A DNA stretch of 64,000 bases from Phoronis australis (Eukaryota; Animalia; Phoronida), in assembly GCA_002633005.1 (NCBI GenBank), contig NMRA01000040.1:927805-991804 (forward strand), written 5' to 3'. Shown here one piece after another: positions 40,853 to 52,671 of the stretch. The notes under the pieces are model-generated. The model was not told the origin of the DNA and did no database searches. It saw only the letters and a program-made list of their open reading frames with translations. The translations under genes were made by a program, and so were the position numbers. How positions within the stretch are numbered: position 1 is the stretch's first letter; each line of letters starts with the position of its first letter.

Positions 40853-42076
40853 TTAACAAAAGAAGGAAAATGTAATTCTTTTTGTAACTGCAGTTCAGNT
40901 CGAACCGAAATAAACTGACCAAGTAATACTAGAGAGGTGCCGTGAACATACACAGACAACGGAACGTATGGATAGCTCTTTGGTAAGCCGGATTCAGAGA
41001 AATCACCGTGACTGTCTACAAAATACCAGCCACAGACACAGAGATGTTTCACGGCCTCATACTTGCTATTAACAGGGTACCTTTCATTCTTCACTACCGC
41101 GAGCCACTTCCTAAGCCTTTCGGGCTCTCGAGGAAGTCGAAAAAACGATATACCTGCTTTCTTCGCAGCTTCATAGTTCGGACTCGTGGGAACGATGCAC
41201 CGCAATATAGCGGCATTAACTCTGCAGACGAACCACTGACATCGCTGCATCATTTCTCACCTTCTTCACAGGTTAACGCCAAACCTTTCGGTAAGGTGAG
41301 GTCGACCGTATAAGAGGTGATGTAGATATAGACTGATTAAGACGGTAAAGAAGACTAATAAAATTGGGTGGCATTCTCCTTTAACAAAAGAAGGAAAATG
41401 TAATTCTTTTTGTAACTGCAGTTCAGGACATAAATCAAGAACCAAACAGCATATGTTTGACACAATACTGTATTTCTCAGGAATTGCTGTTTGAGCGAAA
41501 CTCCAGTCTTTAAACGCGTTATCTTGTGAAATAGGCCACAGATTTTAAGCGCTGTTTGATTTTTCTGATGACACAATCTCACTGTGTTATAATTATGTCT
41601 CATATTCTTTATTGAATCTTTCATTATTTTTATTGTTTGATTAACCATTATGAGTAATGCTTTTAGAAAAGTAACAAACACTGAATACATTTTTTTAAAA
41701 TTGCGATCGGCTCAAGTTATGAAAAATCATAGCCACAGTTTCTGAACCTTTTTTAAGATATCAAAAGGTTTTGAAGTTTGCTAGTCAGAAGACCTTTCTC
41801 AGTACTGTTCAAAAGTAACAGTTTTAGCTGAAATACATGGTCACCTCTCCATTAGAATGGCACAGATAGATTTGCCTAGACTCCTAGTTTCAGAAATGTA
41901 TACTTTTTTATCTCAACAGTTGCTTGTTATTTGGAGATTTTGAATGGAAGACAACATTTCGGTAGTACACGTAACCTGAGGTGTATTAGTCTGGTGTTCT
42001 TAAATTCTTTGGACAGATTCAACTTGCAGTTCTGGAGTTAAAATATTTTATTTATTACTTTTCTTATATTTTGTAG

Positions 42077-42156
42077 TGGATGCAGAGGATGAAATCTCTA
42101 TCAAGGAAGCTGTTGAACTTGTAACAGATGCTATGGATTTTCAAGGAGAAATTGTT
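42077..42156 (+). CDS. GFUS: GDP-L-fucose synthase coding exon 6
   Basis: ttgtAG| (V)DAEDEISIKEAVELVTDAMDFQGEIV |GTATCCTTAA (U12 donor). Confidence 0.95.
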
Positions 42157-43029
42157 GTATCCTTAATTATAGTTGTTCCTATTTTATTCAATAATGTTGC
42201 AAGAATCTCTGTCACTATACAAAATCATGCAATCTTCAAGGGGATCACTATTCTTTTAGATGTATGTTAAGTTAACTACAGGTCACTGCTAGCTTGAGTC
42301 CCGTCCACACACAGACTGTCCCTAGATCAACCTGCACTAGTGAAACTTGCCCCACTTTAAGTGGAGTGTCTACACACAAACGCATATATCCAATAATTAG
42401 TGCTAGGTGGATGTTGTCGCTCTGTGCATGACAATGAACAACAGATTTGAATACGGTGCACAAAAGATGACCCATCTATATGTAACCGCAGTTTATAATT
42501 ACTTCCGCCTAGCCCCAGGTAGGCCGCCACACAGCGATTAGAAGTGACACAAGTTACCCTTGAACAAGTTACTCTACCTCAATGAGCTAGAGTCACAACT
42601 GGGGCAAGTTGCGCCAGTTTAAATAGCGTCCACATAGACCTTAACTTGTTCTGTAATTGTAAATCTTTGTGTGGATGGCACTTTGGAGATAGATTTCTGT
42701 GTTCATTACTGTTCTGCTGGTGTACTATATAGAAAATGACTGACGGGTCAAGCAAATTGCCTGCATCTTGCCGCTCCATTTATCTCCATAGAGCAGACGC
42801 AATGTCCTTTTAGCTATTAAACACAGTCTTTGTGTTTGCACAAAGCGGTGATGCAGATGCAGGATGCTGGCCTTTTGTTGGGCTGTTTACCATTCAAAAT
42901 TTTGATAACAGAAAAAGGATGCATTGTTGCCTGCATAGGAAAGGTCTGTCCTGCAATGAACATAAAAGGACATGCAGACTCGTATCGCAGAGCTACAAAC
43001 GACTAGACTAGTTCGTAAATTTCCCCAAT

Positions 43030-46000
43030 TTTAATTATTTTAGATTAAGAGCTAAAAATTTTGATGCAGCAGGTTCCTGTTTTGAATGTTACTCCAGGGA
43101 CAAGGGAAGTAAGGGTTGTGGCAGTATTATGTTCAGAATTGGAAATGAGATTATCACTAGTCTGTCTGATGTTTGTACACACATGAATGAGATTTTTGTT
43201 AACATCGCCTCCAAAATTGGTGGTGCTGTTGATCTCACACAGTCATCAGAGACAACCGAAACTTGTGTGAGCAAGTGTGTTGACCACCAGGTTATTAAAA
43301 CTAAAATGAAGAGTGGAAACTTTTCCTTTTGGCATACTACTCCAACTGAAGTGGAAAAAGTTATCGAATGTCTCGATACTATGAAGTTTAACTGGTAGTG
43401 ATCATATTCCAACTAAGTTGCTCAAACCAGTTGGTAAATTTGTGAGTTATCATGTAGCTATCATGTTCAATCAGAGCATTGACACTGGTAAATTTTTGGA
43501 CATGACTAAACTTGCTGAAGTAGTGCCAGTTTTTAAAAAGGATGACAGACTGAAGATGGAAAATTACAGACCAGTGAGTATGCTGTTAGCTCTCTCCAAG
43601 ATTCTTGAGAAACTCATGTTGTTATAGATAAACCCGTTTTTATGCGCCCACATATTTATATCAGGTCGCATATTGCCATCATCTCTATCTGGGCATCCGG
43701 CGACCGCGGCTGTATCTCCTAAACCCCTTGCAGGATCCTATTGAAATTTAGTAGGTATATTCCTATGGGGTTGATAACAGAGGGCGACGAGTTTCGGACC
43801 GACTCGAATACCGCTGTGCCCTCTAGTGGCAATTTTAGTTTTTTACGTTCGCCTCTGTATCTTCAAAGGTTCTCAACCGATTTTCATGAAATTTGGCACA
43901 TAGGCATCTATTAATGAGTTGACGCTTTCCTCTTGTTTTCGGATGGATTAGAGACATTTTGTGCCATCTAGTGGCCATTTTTACTATTTTCGAGTCGTTT
44001 TTTTTGGCATCTGCCCCTCTAACAACCAAACCACTCTAAGGATGATTGTGAAAATTGGCATGTATGTTCGTATTATGATGAAGATAGTTGACGATGATTT
44101 TCCGACGACTTCGACTACTGTGGCGCCTCTTAGTGGCAGTTTTGTTTGTTTTTGCGCCCATGGCTGTATCTCCTAAACGTTCTATAGGATCTCTATTAAA
44201 TTTAGCAAATGTATTTATTTGAAGTTGACAACGGACGACGACCACCACTTTCGGACAGATTGGTGTACCGGTTTGCCCCCTTGTGGCACTTTTAGTTTTT
44301 TACGTTTACCTCTAAATCTTCAAAGGTCTTCAACGGATTTCTATAAAATTTAACACATAGACATCTATTAGTGAGATAATGCTATCCTCTTGTTTTTGGA
44401 TGGATTCGGCGTAGTTTGCGCCACCTTGTGGCCATTTTTGTTGTTTTCGAGTGTGTATTTTGGCGTACGTCCCTCTCTAAACCAAACCACTCTAAGGATG
44501 ATTGTGAAAGTTGCGGTTGACGATAATTTTCCAATGACTTCTACTAGTGTTGCGCCGCTTAGTGGTGTTTTTTTTTGCACCCATACCTGTATCTCCTAAG
44601 CCCTCTGCAGGATCTTTATTAAATTCATCACGTGCATTTTTATGAAGTTAACAAGAGAAGACAACAACTTTTTACGGATCCGACAAACACTCTGCCGCCT
44701 AGTGGCAATTTCGTTCTTTTTTTTTCTCTGTTTCTCTGAAGTTCCTTGACAAATGTTATTGAAATTTGGTAATTGTCTTTCTTTTAAAAAAATGACATTT
44801 TCTGGTTTTCAGACGGATTCGATGTATTTTGCGCCATCTAGTGGCCATTTTGATGATACAAATAAACAACCCTAAAAGCACACCATTTGCAATGCATTCG
44901 TGGGCGCATTTTAACGCTCTGCGTTGCTCTTGTTAGATATTATATTGGATCTGCGGATTGCTGCCTATAGCAGCGGATATAACTGCCAATCACTTTTACT
45001 ACGCATGGTTGAAGATTGGAGGTTGGCTGCTGAACAAAATCAGTGTGCTGGAGCAGTGCTCATGGATCTGAGCAAAGCATTCGACTGCCTCCCGCACCAA
45101 CTCATGATCGCAAAATTGAAAGCGTACTGGGTGAGTGAACTGGTATGTGCCTTTTTATGGTCCTATCTGTCAGGAAGGAAGCAGTGTATTAGGATCATTG
45201 TATTGTCTAGTGATTGGCTAGATATAGTCAAGGGAGTGCCACAGGGATCCATCATGGGTCCAGTTCTGTTTAATATTTTTGTGAATGATACCAGTGTCTT
45301 ATTTACTGAGGCACAGTTGTATTTATGCTGATGATAACACTCTCTCAGCAAGTGCTCGCACAAGGGATGATGTTGTTGCCATACTGACATTCGAGTCTTC
45401 AAAAGCAATGGTTCAAGCAAAATATGATGGAGGCAAATCCATCAAAATTTCATTCTATCTTCATGACTCCAGAAATGTATCCAGGGCTATTGTTAAGGTT
45501 GAAGAAGCCAAAATCACCAGTGAGGTGGACGTTAAATTACCTCAGTTTTGACAACCATATTAAAGTTTTATGCCGAAAGGCAGGAGCTCAGCTCAAGGTT
45601 TTACAGCGTCTGTCTAGGATTCTAGACTTAAGTAGCCGGATGATGATTTTTCAATGTTTTACTTTATCCCAGTTTCTCTACTGTGCTTTAATCTTGAATT
45701 TTTGTGGCCAAGTCAATAAACATAAGATTGACCAAGTTCAATGTAGGGCGCTGCGATTTGTATTTGATAATTTTTCTAGCTCATATGAAACACCATTACT
45801 GAGAGTTAATCTGCCTACTCTTGAGCTTGGTAGTCAGAGAATGATTCCAAAAGAGGCTTTCAAAGTTTTGAACCATTTGTCACCCCCATTTATGTGGGAC
45901 CTTCTCACAATTTGCAGGACCCCATATAATTTGAGATCATCCAATAGGACAAACATTCCTCAGTGCAGAACCACTCGGTATGGTCTACAATCTTTCAGAG

Positions 46001-46100
46001 CCTATGGCTCTAATTTGTGGAATTCTTTATCAGAGGAGGTGGGATCAAGCCTGCATTTAAAGTCTTTGTGCAGTATGCAAACGCATGGACTGAGCCTCCA
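43030..46100 (+). mobile_element. 5'-truncated CR1/L2-group LINE (RT), split by a HINE
   Basis: VPVFKKDD..NYRPVSML, MDLSKAFDCLPH, GVPQGSIMGPVLFNIFVND, YADD; the frame INPF|LDIIL is rejoined on removing 43637-44934. Confidence 0.9.
43637..44934 (+). mobile_element. Best-preserved HINE copy (Helentron non-autonomous element)
   Basis: Inserted in a T run with no TSD; subTIR ATGCGCCCAC / GTGGGCGCAT; 3' hairpin AACGC-tct-GCGTT then GCTCTTGTT; eight ~135-160-bp monomers. Confidence 0.85.
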
Positions 46101-46329
46101 TGTAAGTTCAGAACCTGTGATGTCTTGAATCAAACATATTAATCTCCTCTCCTATGGTGCTAATTTGTTCAATCTTGTTAACCCATTCAAACAATAGGTA
46201 TAACATTCGTAAGAAAATTAAGTACCCAGCCCAGTTGGGCTTATTAGTCACTTTAACCACATAACTCAGATGTAGGCCTGCCATAAATGCGATGGTTTCC
46301 AAGTTCAAAAACAGACTTTACATATTTGG

Positions 46330-48910
46330 CAAATTGCCTAGGGAAATTCTAAAACACCAGTTTTAACGACTAATCTAATCTTCTGAAATCTGCAAAGTTT
46401 GGGAAACATCATTAAATAGAATAGACCTCCATGAATTATAAAGAGAACAATCAAGCACAAAATGTAGCTCATCTTCCACAGAGCCAGAGTCACAACACAA
46501 GCAAAGTCTTTCACTTTCAGGAGTGTTTACATAACGACCAGTTTCCATGTGCAATGGGAAATTTCCTGCTCTAAAGTGAGCCAAAAGAGATCTCTCGGAA
46601 CGAGATAAATTAAGCTTCACATACAGTTCAGTTAAAAACTCGTGTTCAAATAAAATGTAGGTTTTTAATTTGGGTTTTGTTACAACAGACTCAGCCCGAA
46701 CATGTTTCAAGTATTCAAATAGTTTGTTTCTAGTGTCTACTATATTATAAGTAGTCAAATCAAATTTTGAAACAGGATTGCATGCCAGTTATGTTAAACA
46801 GATTTTTGATTCCGTCTATTCAACCATTTCTACCAACAGAATAGACCCATAGAAATAGCTTTTTCAGTAACCTGTCACCACCTGTGCTCACTAGTTTGTT
46901 CCAAAGACGCAACATATTCAATTTAAACCTATTTCCAGTGGAGTCCCACCCCATATCGCCACTAACAGCATGAGTGGCTGTAAATCGTTTGATCCCTAGA
47001 TAAAAACGCATAACTCTGTTTTGAATATTTTCATCACTACCAAAATTTTTGTAACCCCAAACAGATGACCCGTAATCCAAAATTGGTGCCACACACAAAT
47101 TGAATAATGTTTTAAACGTTTTGAATTCCACATTCTTGTTATCCTGGAATGTTGAGCATATCTCCCCTAATGCTCTACGAGAAACTTCAGTCATAAAGTT
47201 TTCAAATTTTCTTTGAAGTCAAGGTGTTGATCCAGAATACAGCCTAAATATTTGTATGAGGATTTATAACGAATGGCACTCTTAAAATAAATTCAAAATT
47301 GCTTCCATGCATAGACTTAGCTCGAAAACGGACAGCATTATTTTGTTCTTGCCATGTTTACAACCGTTCTCCACTTTTTACACCAGTTGTTTAAAACCTT
47401 CAACATATCTTACATGTCATTTTCATTCTCAGACAAAAGTACAATATTGTTGACATGAAGAAGCACTAAAATATTGTTCAGGCCATATTTGACACCATTA
47501 CGCAATTTTTATGCGCCCACATATTTACATGTGGACGCGTTATGCCATCATCTGCGTCCGTCCGTCCGTCTGGGCGGCGTCCGTCCGGCGTCCGCTGCTC
47601 TATCTCCAAAAGCCTTTAACATACGTTCATGAAATTTGGCACATGTTCCATTCATGAATGGGACGGCATGAGCGAACTTTCGGACAGATCCGACTACCGC
47701 TGTGCCCCCTAATTTTTTACGCTTACCTTATTATTGTTCATGGTCGTTTTTCCATTTATTTAGAACAAAATTTCTATCAGAGTTTATTTCATTATTTGAA
47801 TCCAAGACTTCCAGGGGAACTTCGCTAAACTGTTTTGGATGCCCAGAAATCCTTAGGATTTTTAGTATTCAGATTTTCAATTTCAACCTTAACCTTTAAC
47901 GAATTCCAGTAAGGCTGATTCCTTTTAAAATACTTTCTTAGTTTACGACTTGGATAATAGTCCTTGTAATCCAGCAAAGAACCCATTTCCTTAATTAATA
48001 GGTCAACAAATGACTGATACACTACATCAAGTTGGTTCTGATGTTCACAGGATAACAATAATGAATCAACTAAACATAAAATTTCTCCATTAAATGTCAC
48101 TTTATTACTAAATTCTACAGGGATATTGGAGGTGTCATATTTACGTTTTTTCGAAAGAATATCTGGATCTAAAGGTCTGTCGATACCAGATGAACATAAA
48201 CCAGGCGAGGAGATTTTAAATTTTAAAACAATAACAGAATGATCTGGTGCTTTACATCTTGGCCCAAGCAATGCGTGGATATCTAACATATCAATAATGT
48301 CAGAAGTCTTAGTACAGAAAACGATACACAATTCTCCAGATTATTTTGGTCAGTAAAAATATAATCTACAACAGCATTTTCTTTAGCCGAGACGGAGGTG
48401 AAGTTGTCAAATTCTGGAGTAATTCTGCCATTAATAATAGCCAATTTCAAGTCTTTCACGAAGTGAATTAAAGCATCACCAAATCGATTGGTCTGAAAAT
48501 CTATGATTTGTCTTGGGCCTACTTTGTCAATATCTTGAATAAAATCTAGTTTGTTGCCTGTCCTTGCGTTAAAGTCCCTACAGATGAAGAAATTAACATC
48601 ACTTAAGTTTTACAATTGGTTGATGAGATGAGAATAAATGTCATCAATGTTGTTACTTCTGTTTGAACCCTCAGGAGGAATGTAGCATGTATAAATTACA
48701 AAACAAGTTTCAGACATAATACTTGACCAAACTTTACCCCAAGAATGCCACCATCAAAGGCTTTATCAATAACACTTATATCAAATGTAACAAACATACT
48801 GTGTTTTTTAAGCATACTAACACCCCAGAACCTCTTGGAGCATTAATGAACAATTTTTCACGCTTGCAACCAAGAAATTGGTATCCTTCGACTTGGATGA
48901 TATCGTATAG
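46330..48910 (-). mobile_element. Decayed LINE (CR1/L2-group; APE, partial RT, C-terminal Cys/His motif) with a HINE 5' fragment at 47506-47730
   Basis: CYIPPEGS, RDFNARTG, PDHSVI (APE); PILDYGSSVWG; ETGRY..ERLCLCC..VEDELHFVLDC. The HINE fragment has ATGCGCCCAC plus (GTCC)n. Confidence 0.85.
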
Positions 48911-49225
48911 TATTTTAAATTTGTTTCAATTTCATAATTAATACATATTTATTTATTTTACTTTATTTCTGTTTTTGTTGATAAAGGAAGTTGTTACCTC
49001 CGAAAATTTCAAATTTCAGTTGATCCATTCTTGTTGTTTTATTTACCGATTTATATTCTTCATTTCATGAAACAATAGTATTCTTGGGAGGATCTGGATC
49101 GCCTTATTTAGTTTCAGATATATTTTCTACGTTATTTATTTTATAACTTATGTATTTGTTTGTCGTGTACTAGCCTACGGCTAATGTTTTCTCTGGAACC
49201 GACTAAATAAAATGACTTGACTTGA

Positions 49226-49580
49226 AGGTCAGTAGCTGTTGTTGTATCTCCAGGGTCAGTAGTTGTTGTATGTCCATGGTCAAAAGTTGTTGTAACTCTC
49301 GGGTCAATACTTGTAGCTCCAGGGTCATTAGGTTTTGTATCTCCAGGATCAGTAGTTGTATCTCCACGTTAAGTATAATTGTTGTATCTCCAGGGTCAGT
49401 GGAAGTTATATCTGAAGGGTCAGTAATTGTTGTATCTCCAGGGTCAGTAGTTGTTGTTGTATCTCCAGGGTCAATAGTTGTTGTATCTCCATGGTCAGTA
49501 GTTGTTATATCTCCAGGGTCAGTAGTTGTTGTTGTATCTCCAGGGTCAGTAGTTCTTGCTGTTGTTATTTGTACAGGGTC
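49226..49580. repeat. Minisatellite, variable ~21-27-bp unit (GTT)nGTATCTCCAGGGTCAGTA
   Basis: About 14 copies readable directly; gives the TTDPGD ORF on the minus strand. Confidence 0.9.
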
Positions 49581-49609
49581 ATTAGTTTTGAGTGTCAGAT
49601 GCCTGTTGA

Positions 49610-50044
<435 letters not shown>

Positions 50045-50567
50045 TAAAAAGCAAGATCACATACTCCTCACATGAAAGTTTTGAATGTACGATGGATGGC
50101 AATTTTCTGCCCCAACGGGATGTCTTATAAGTTTAACACTGATGTGATCCCCACTCTACTGCCTTCCTGTTGTGGTCCCAATCATATCAAAGCTGATCAT
50201 CTGACCTTATATAATTTTGTCGCAGCTTGTCATTCTCTTCGGGTGTCGTCTTGTTGTCTCAAAAATTCGTTGTCGTAACTTTATGAAATTTGGCACAAGG
50301 GTATAGGACATCACAATGACAGTGCATGCCACATTTCAATCTGCCCAGCCCTCCAGTACCAAAGGGGCAGAGGGTTCAGTGTTTTGGGGAAAGAGGGTTT
50401 CTGCATGATGTCTATAAAACCCAATGGACGGATCTCAATGAAACTTGGCACATAGGTGTGTGATGACAATGTGGTGGCACTGGTCAATTTGGAGCATGTT
50501 TGACTACTTCATCAATCATTCCCTAGTGGCAGTTTTGATCAGGACAATAGCTTTTCAGTACTTTTGA

Positions 50568-51342
50568 CAGGGCTTGGAATTTTCCGCGGAAACGCGGATT
50601 TCCGCTTTTTTCAAATGTGCTTTCCGCTTTTTTTATAATATTTCCGTGTAAAAAAATCCGATTTGATATAAAATTTGCGCGGCAAATTCCTTTCTTACCG
50701 CGGTGTTGCAGACGACGTTCACCTCGAAAAGTGGAAGTTGCTCTTTATGTTTCGGAGGAACGTAAATTGTCAACATTGCCGGGGCATCTGGGACAGCGTG
50801 GTGGGATTTTCAATGGCGTCTCGTGTTATTGTTAAGCGCGGCGACAAATACTACCGCTCTTCAGCCAAAAATGTGTGGGTTGGGNNNNNNNNNNNNNNNN
50901 NNNNNNNNNNNNNNNNNNNNNNNNNNNNNNNNNNNNNNNNNNNNNNNNNNNNNNNNNNNNNNNNNNNNNNNNNNNNNNNNNNNNNNNNNNNNNNNNNNNN
51001 NNNNNNNNNNNNNNNNNNNNNNNNNNNNNNNNNNNNNNNNNNNNNNNNNNNNNNNNNNNNNNNNNNNNNNNNNNNNNNNNNNNNNNNNNNNNNNNNNNNN
51101 NNNNNNNNNNNNNNNNNNNNNNNNNNNNNNNNNNNNNNNNNNNNNNNNNNNNNNNNNNNNNNNNNNNNNNNNNNNNNNNNNNNNNNNNNNNNNNNNNNNN
51201 NNNNNNNNNNNNNNNNNNNNNNNNNNNNNNNNNNNNNNNNNNNNNNNNNNNNNNNNNNNNNNNNNNNNNNNNNNNNNNNNNNNNNNNNNNNNNNNNNNNN
51301 NCCCCCCCCCCCCCCCAACTCAAAATCCTGGATCCGCCCCTG
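50568..51342. mobile_element. hAT-like element start (50568-50884), N gap (50885-51301) and a MITE end ..GGATCCGCCCCTG, nested in a HINE-like repeat (~50270-51545)
   Basis: CAGGGCTTGGAATTTTCCGCGGAAACGCGG matches 32152; poly-C plus CCTGGATCCGCCCCTG resembles the end at 59106-59121. Confidence 0.55.
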
Positions 51343-51661
51343 ACACCAGTCTGTTTTGGGACATGCAGCACCCCCTAGTGGCCATTTTGCCCTGTTTTCC
51401 AGTTTTCTGCTCAACATCTCGCAAACCCTTGGTCAGATCTTGATGAAATTTGGCACAAGCAAATAGACCATCATAAGGTGGTGATTGCTGCTTTTCAATT
51501 TGCCTCTGCCCCAGGTTAGAAGGGCAAGGTATTTCAGTTTTTTTGGAGGAAGAGTCATTATTTTCTGATACCAGAGTTTAATGTTGAATGAATAACATAT
51601 TGTAGGTGATTTATTTCATCACTTTGCCAACAGTTATGAGTTATGTCTTCTTTTATTTCAG

Positions 51662-51717
51662 CTTTGCGAGAAACTTGTGACTGGTTCAATGAACACTATG
51701 CTACAGCGAGAAAGTAA
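51662..51717 (+). CDS. GFUS: GDP-L-fucose synthase last coding exon (total CDS 981 nt, 326 aa)
   Basis: tttcAG| (A)LRETCDWFNEHYATARK*, matching the family C-terminus. Confidence 0.93.
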
Positions 51718-52671
51718 AGTGGTTGGCTAAATCTCTGGGACTGACTGATGAACATCTTAAATTGTAGTAGTTCTAGAACTAGACAGGATTAGTTGGCTTA
51801 TCATCTGCATTGTCTATTATAAATCTACAATTGAATCTCTACAATTTTGGACAGAAATAATTGCCAGAATTTTCCGTTTTTCAAGAACTTCTAACATCGT
51901 CATGTTAGCTGCTTAACACTTTAGTTACAGTACAGGGACCCATTCCAAGAAAATTGTCTTAGCTAAGACAAATCATAATTTTCAGTCAATTTTAAGGTAA
52001 AACTTATATTGGGAATTGTAGGCTAGTTACTTGTCTCTGTGATTGCATGGCCAAATTAGTTGGAAACACAAGGTATAGCGGTGGTGTGAATATGAGGTAG
52101 GTTGAAATTTGCTAAAATTCTTTAAGAACGGGTTTTGTGGCAAAAATAATGTGCCACAAATTACTGAACCATGTCCAGTAAGTATCATGACATGGTGCTA
52201 GGAAATAACGCTGCATGATGTGGGCTATCTGAGACCTCGAGGTACGTCATCAGTGCAAAGGTCACCTGTTATCAGTTTTTTTGTTTTCACATCTTCATGT
52301 ACAATACAAGTGCACTTTATTTAAGGTAGATTATGTTCAAGTAATAATAGTATTGTGTTTTTAAATTAGTTCCTGTATTGGCATGCAGTTGTTAGGAGCT
52401 TGCAAATATATATTTGAATTTGTTTTCCTTTGTTTCAAGACAGTCTTATGCTTGAGTTTTGTCTTAATTTTGATTTACTTACTGGATGAGGAAGTTTCAA
52501 AGTTTGGGTGTTGAGACAAATCTTGGACTTATTACAAGTCAAAAATGAACTTAAGCCAGTTTCTTGTAACTGGTCCCAGATCTTGAAAATGGCAAAAACA
52601 ATACTTAGGTGCTACTTGTCGGTAGTATTTCAATTTGAGCCCTAATTGAGTCCTGAAGTAATGAGATTTTA

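Noticed and set aside
40357-41313. Tandemly duplicated THAP genes
   Set aside because: Near-identical copies abut a single-n join, indicating assembly overlap; Zn ligands are mutated and the ORF is inside a transposon.
50675-51443. Long ORFs across the N run
   Set aside because: Artefacts of translating the assembly gap.
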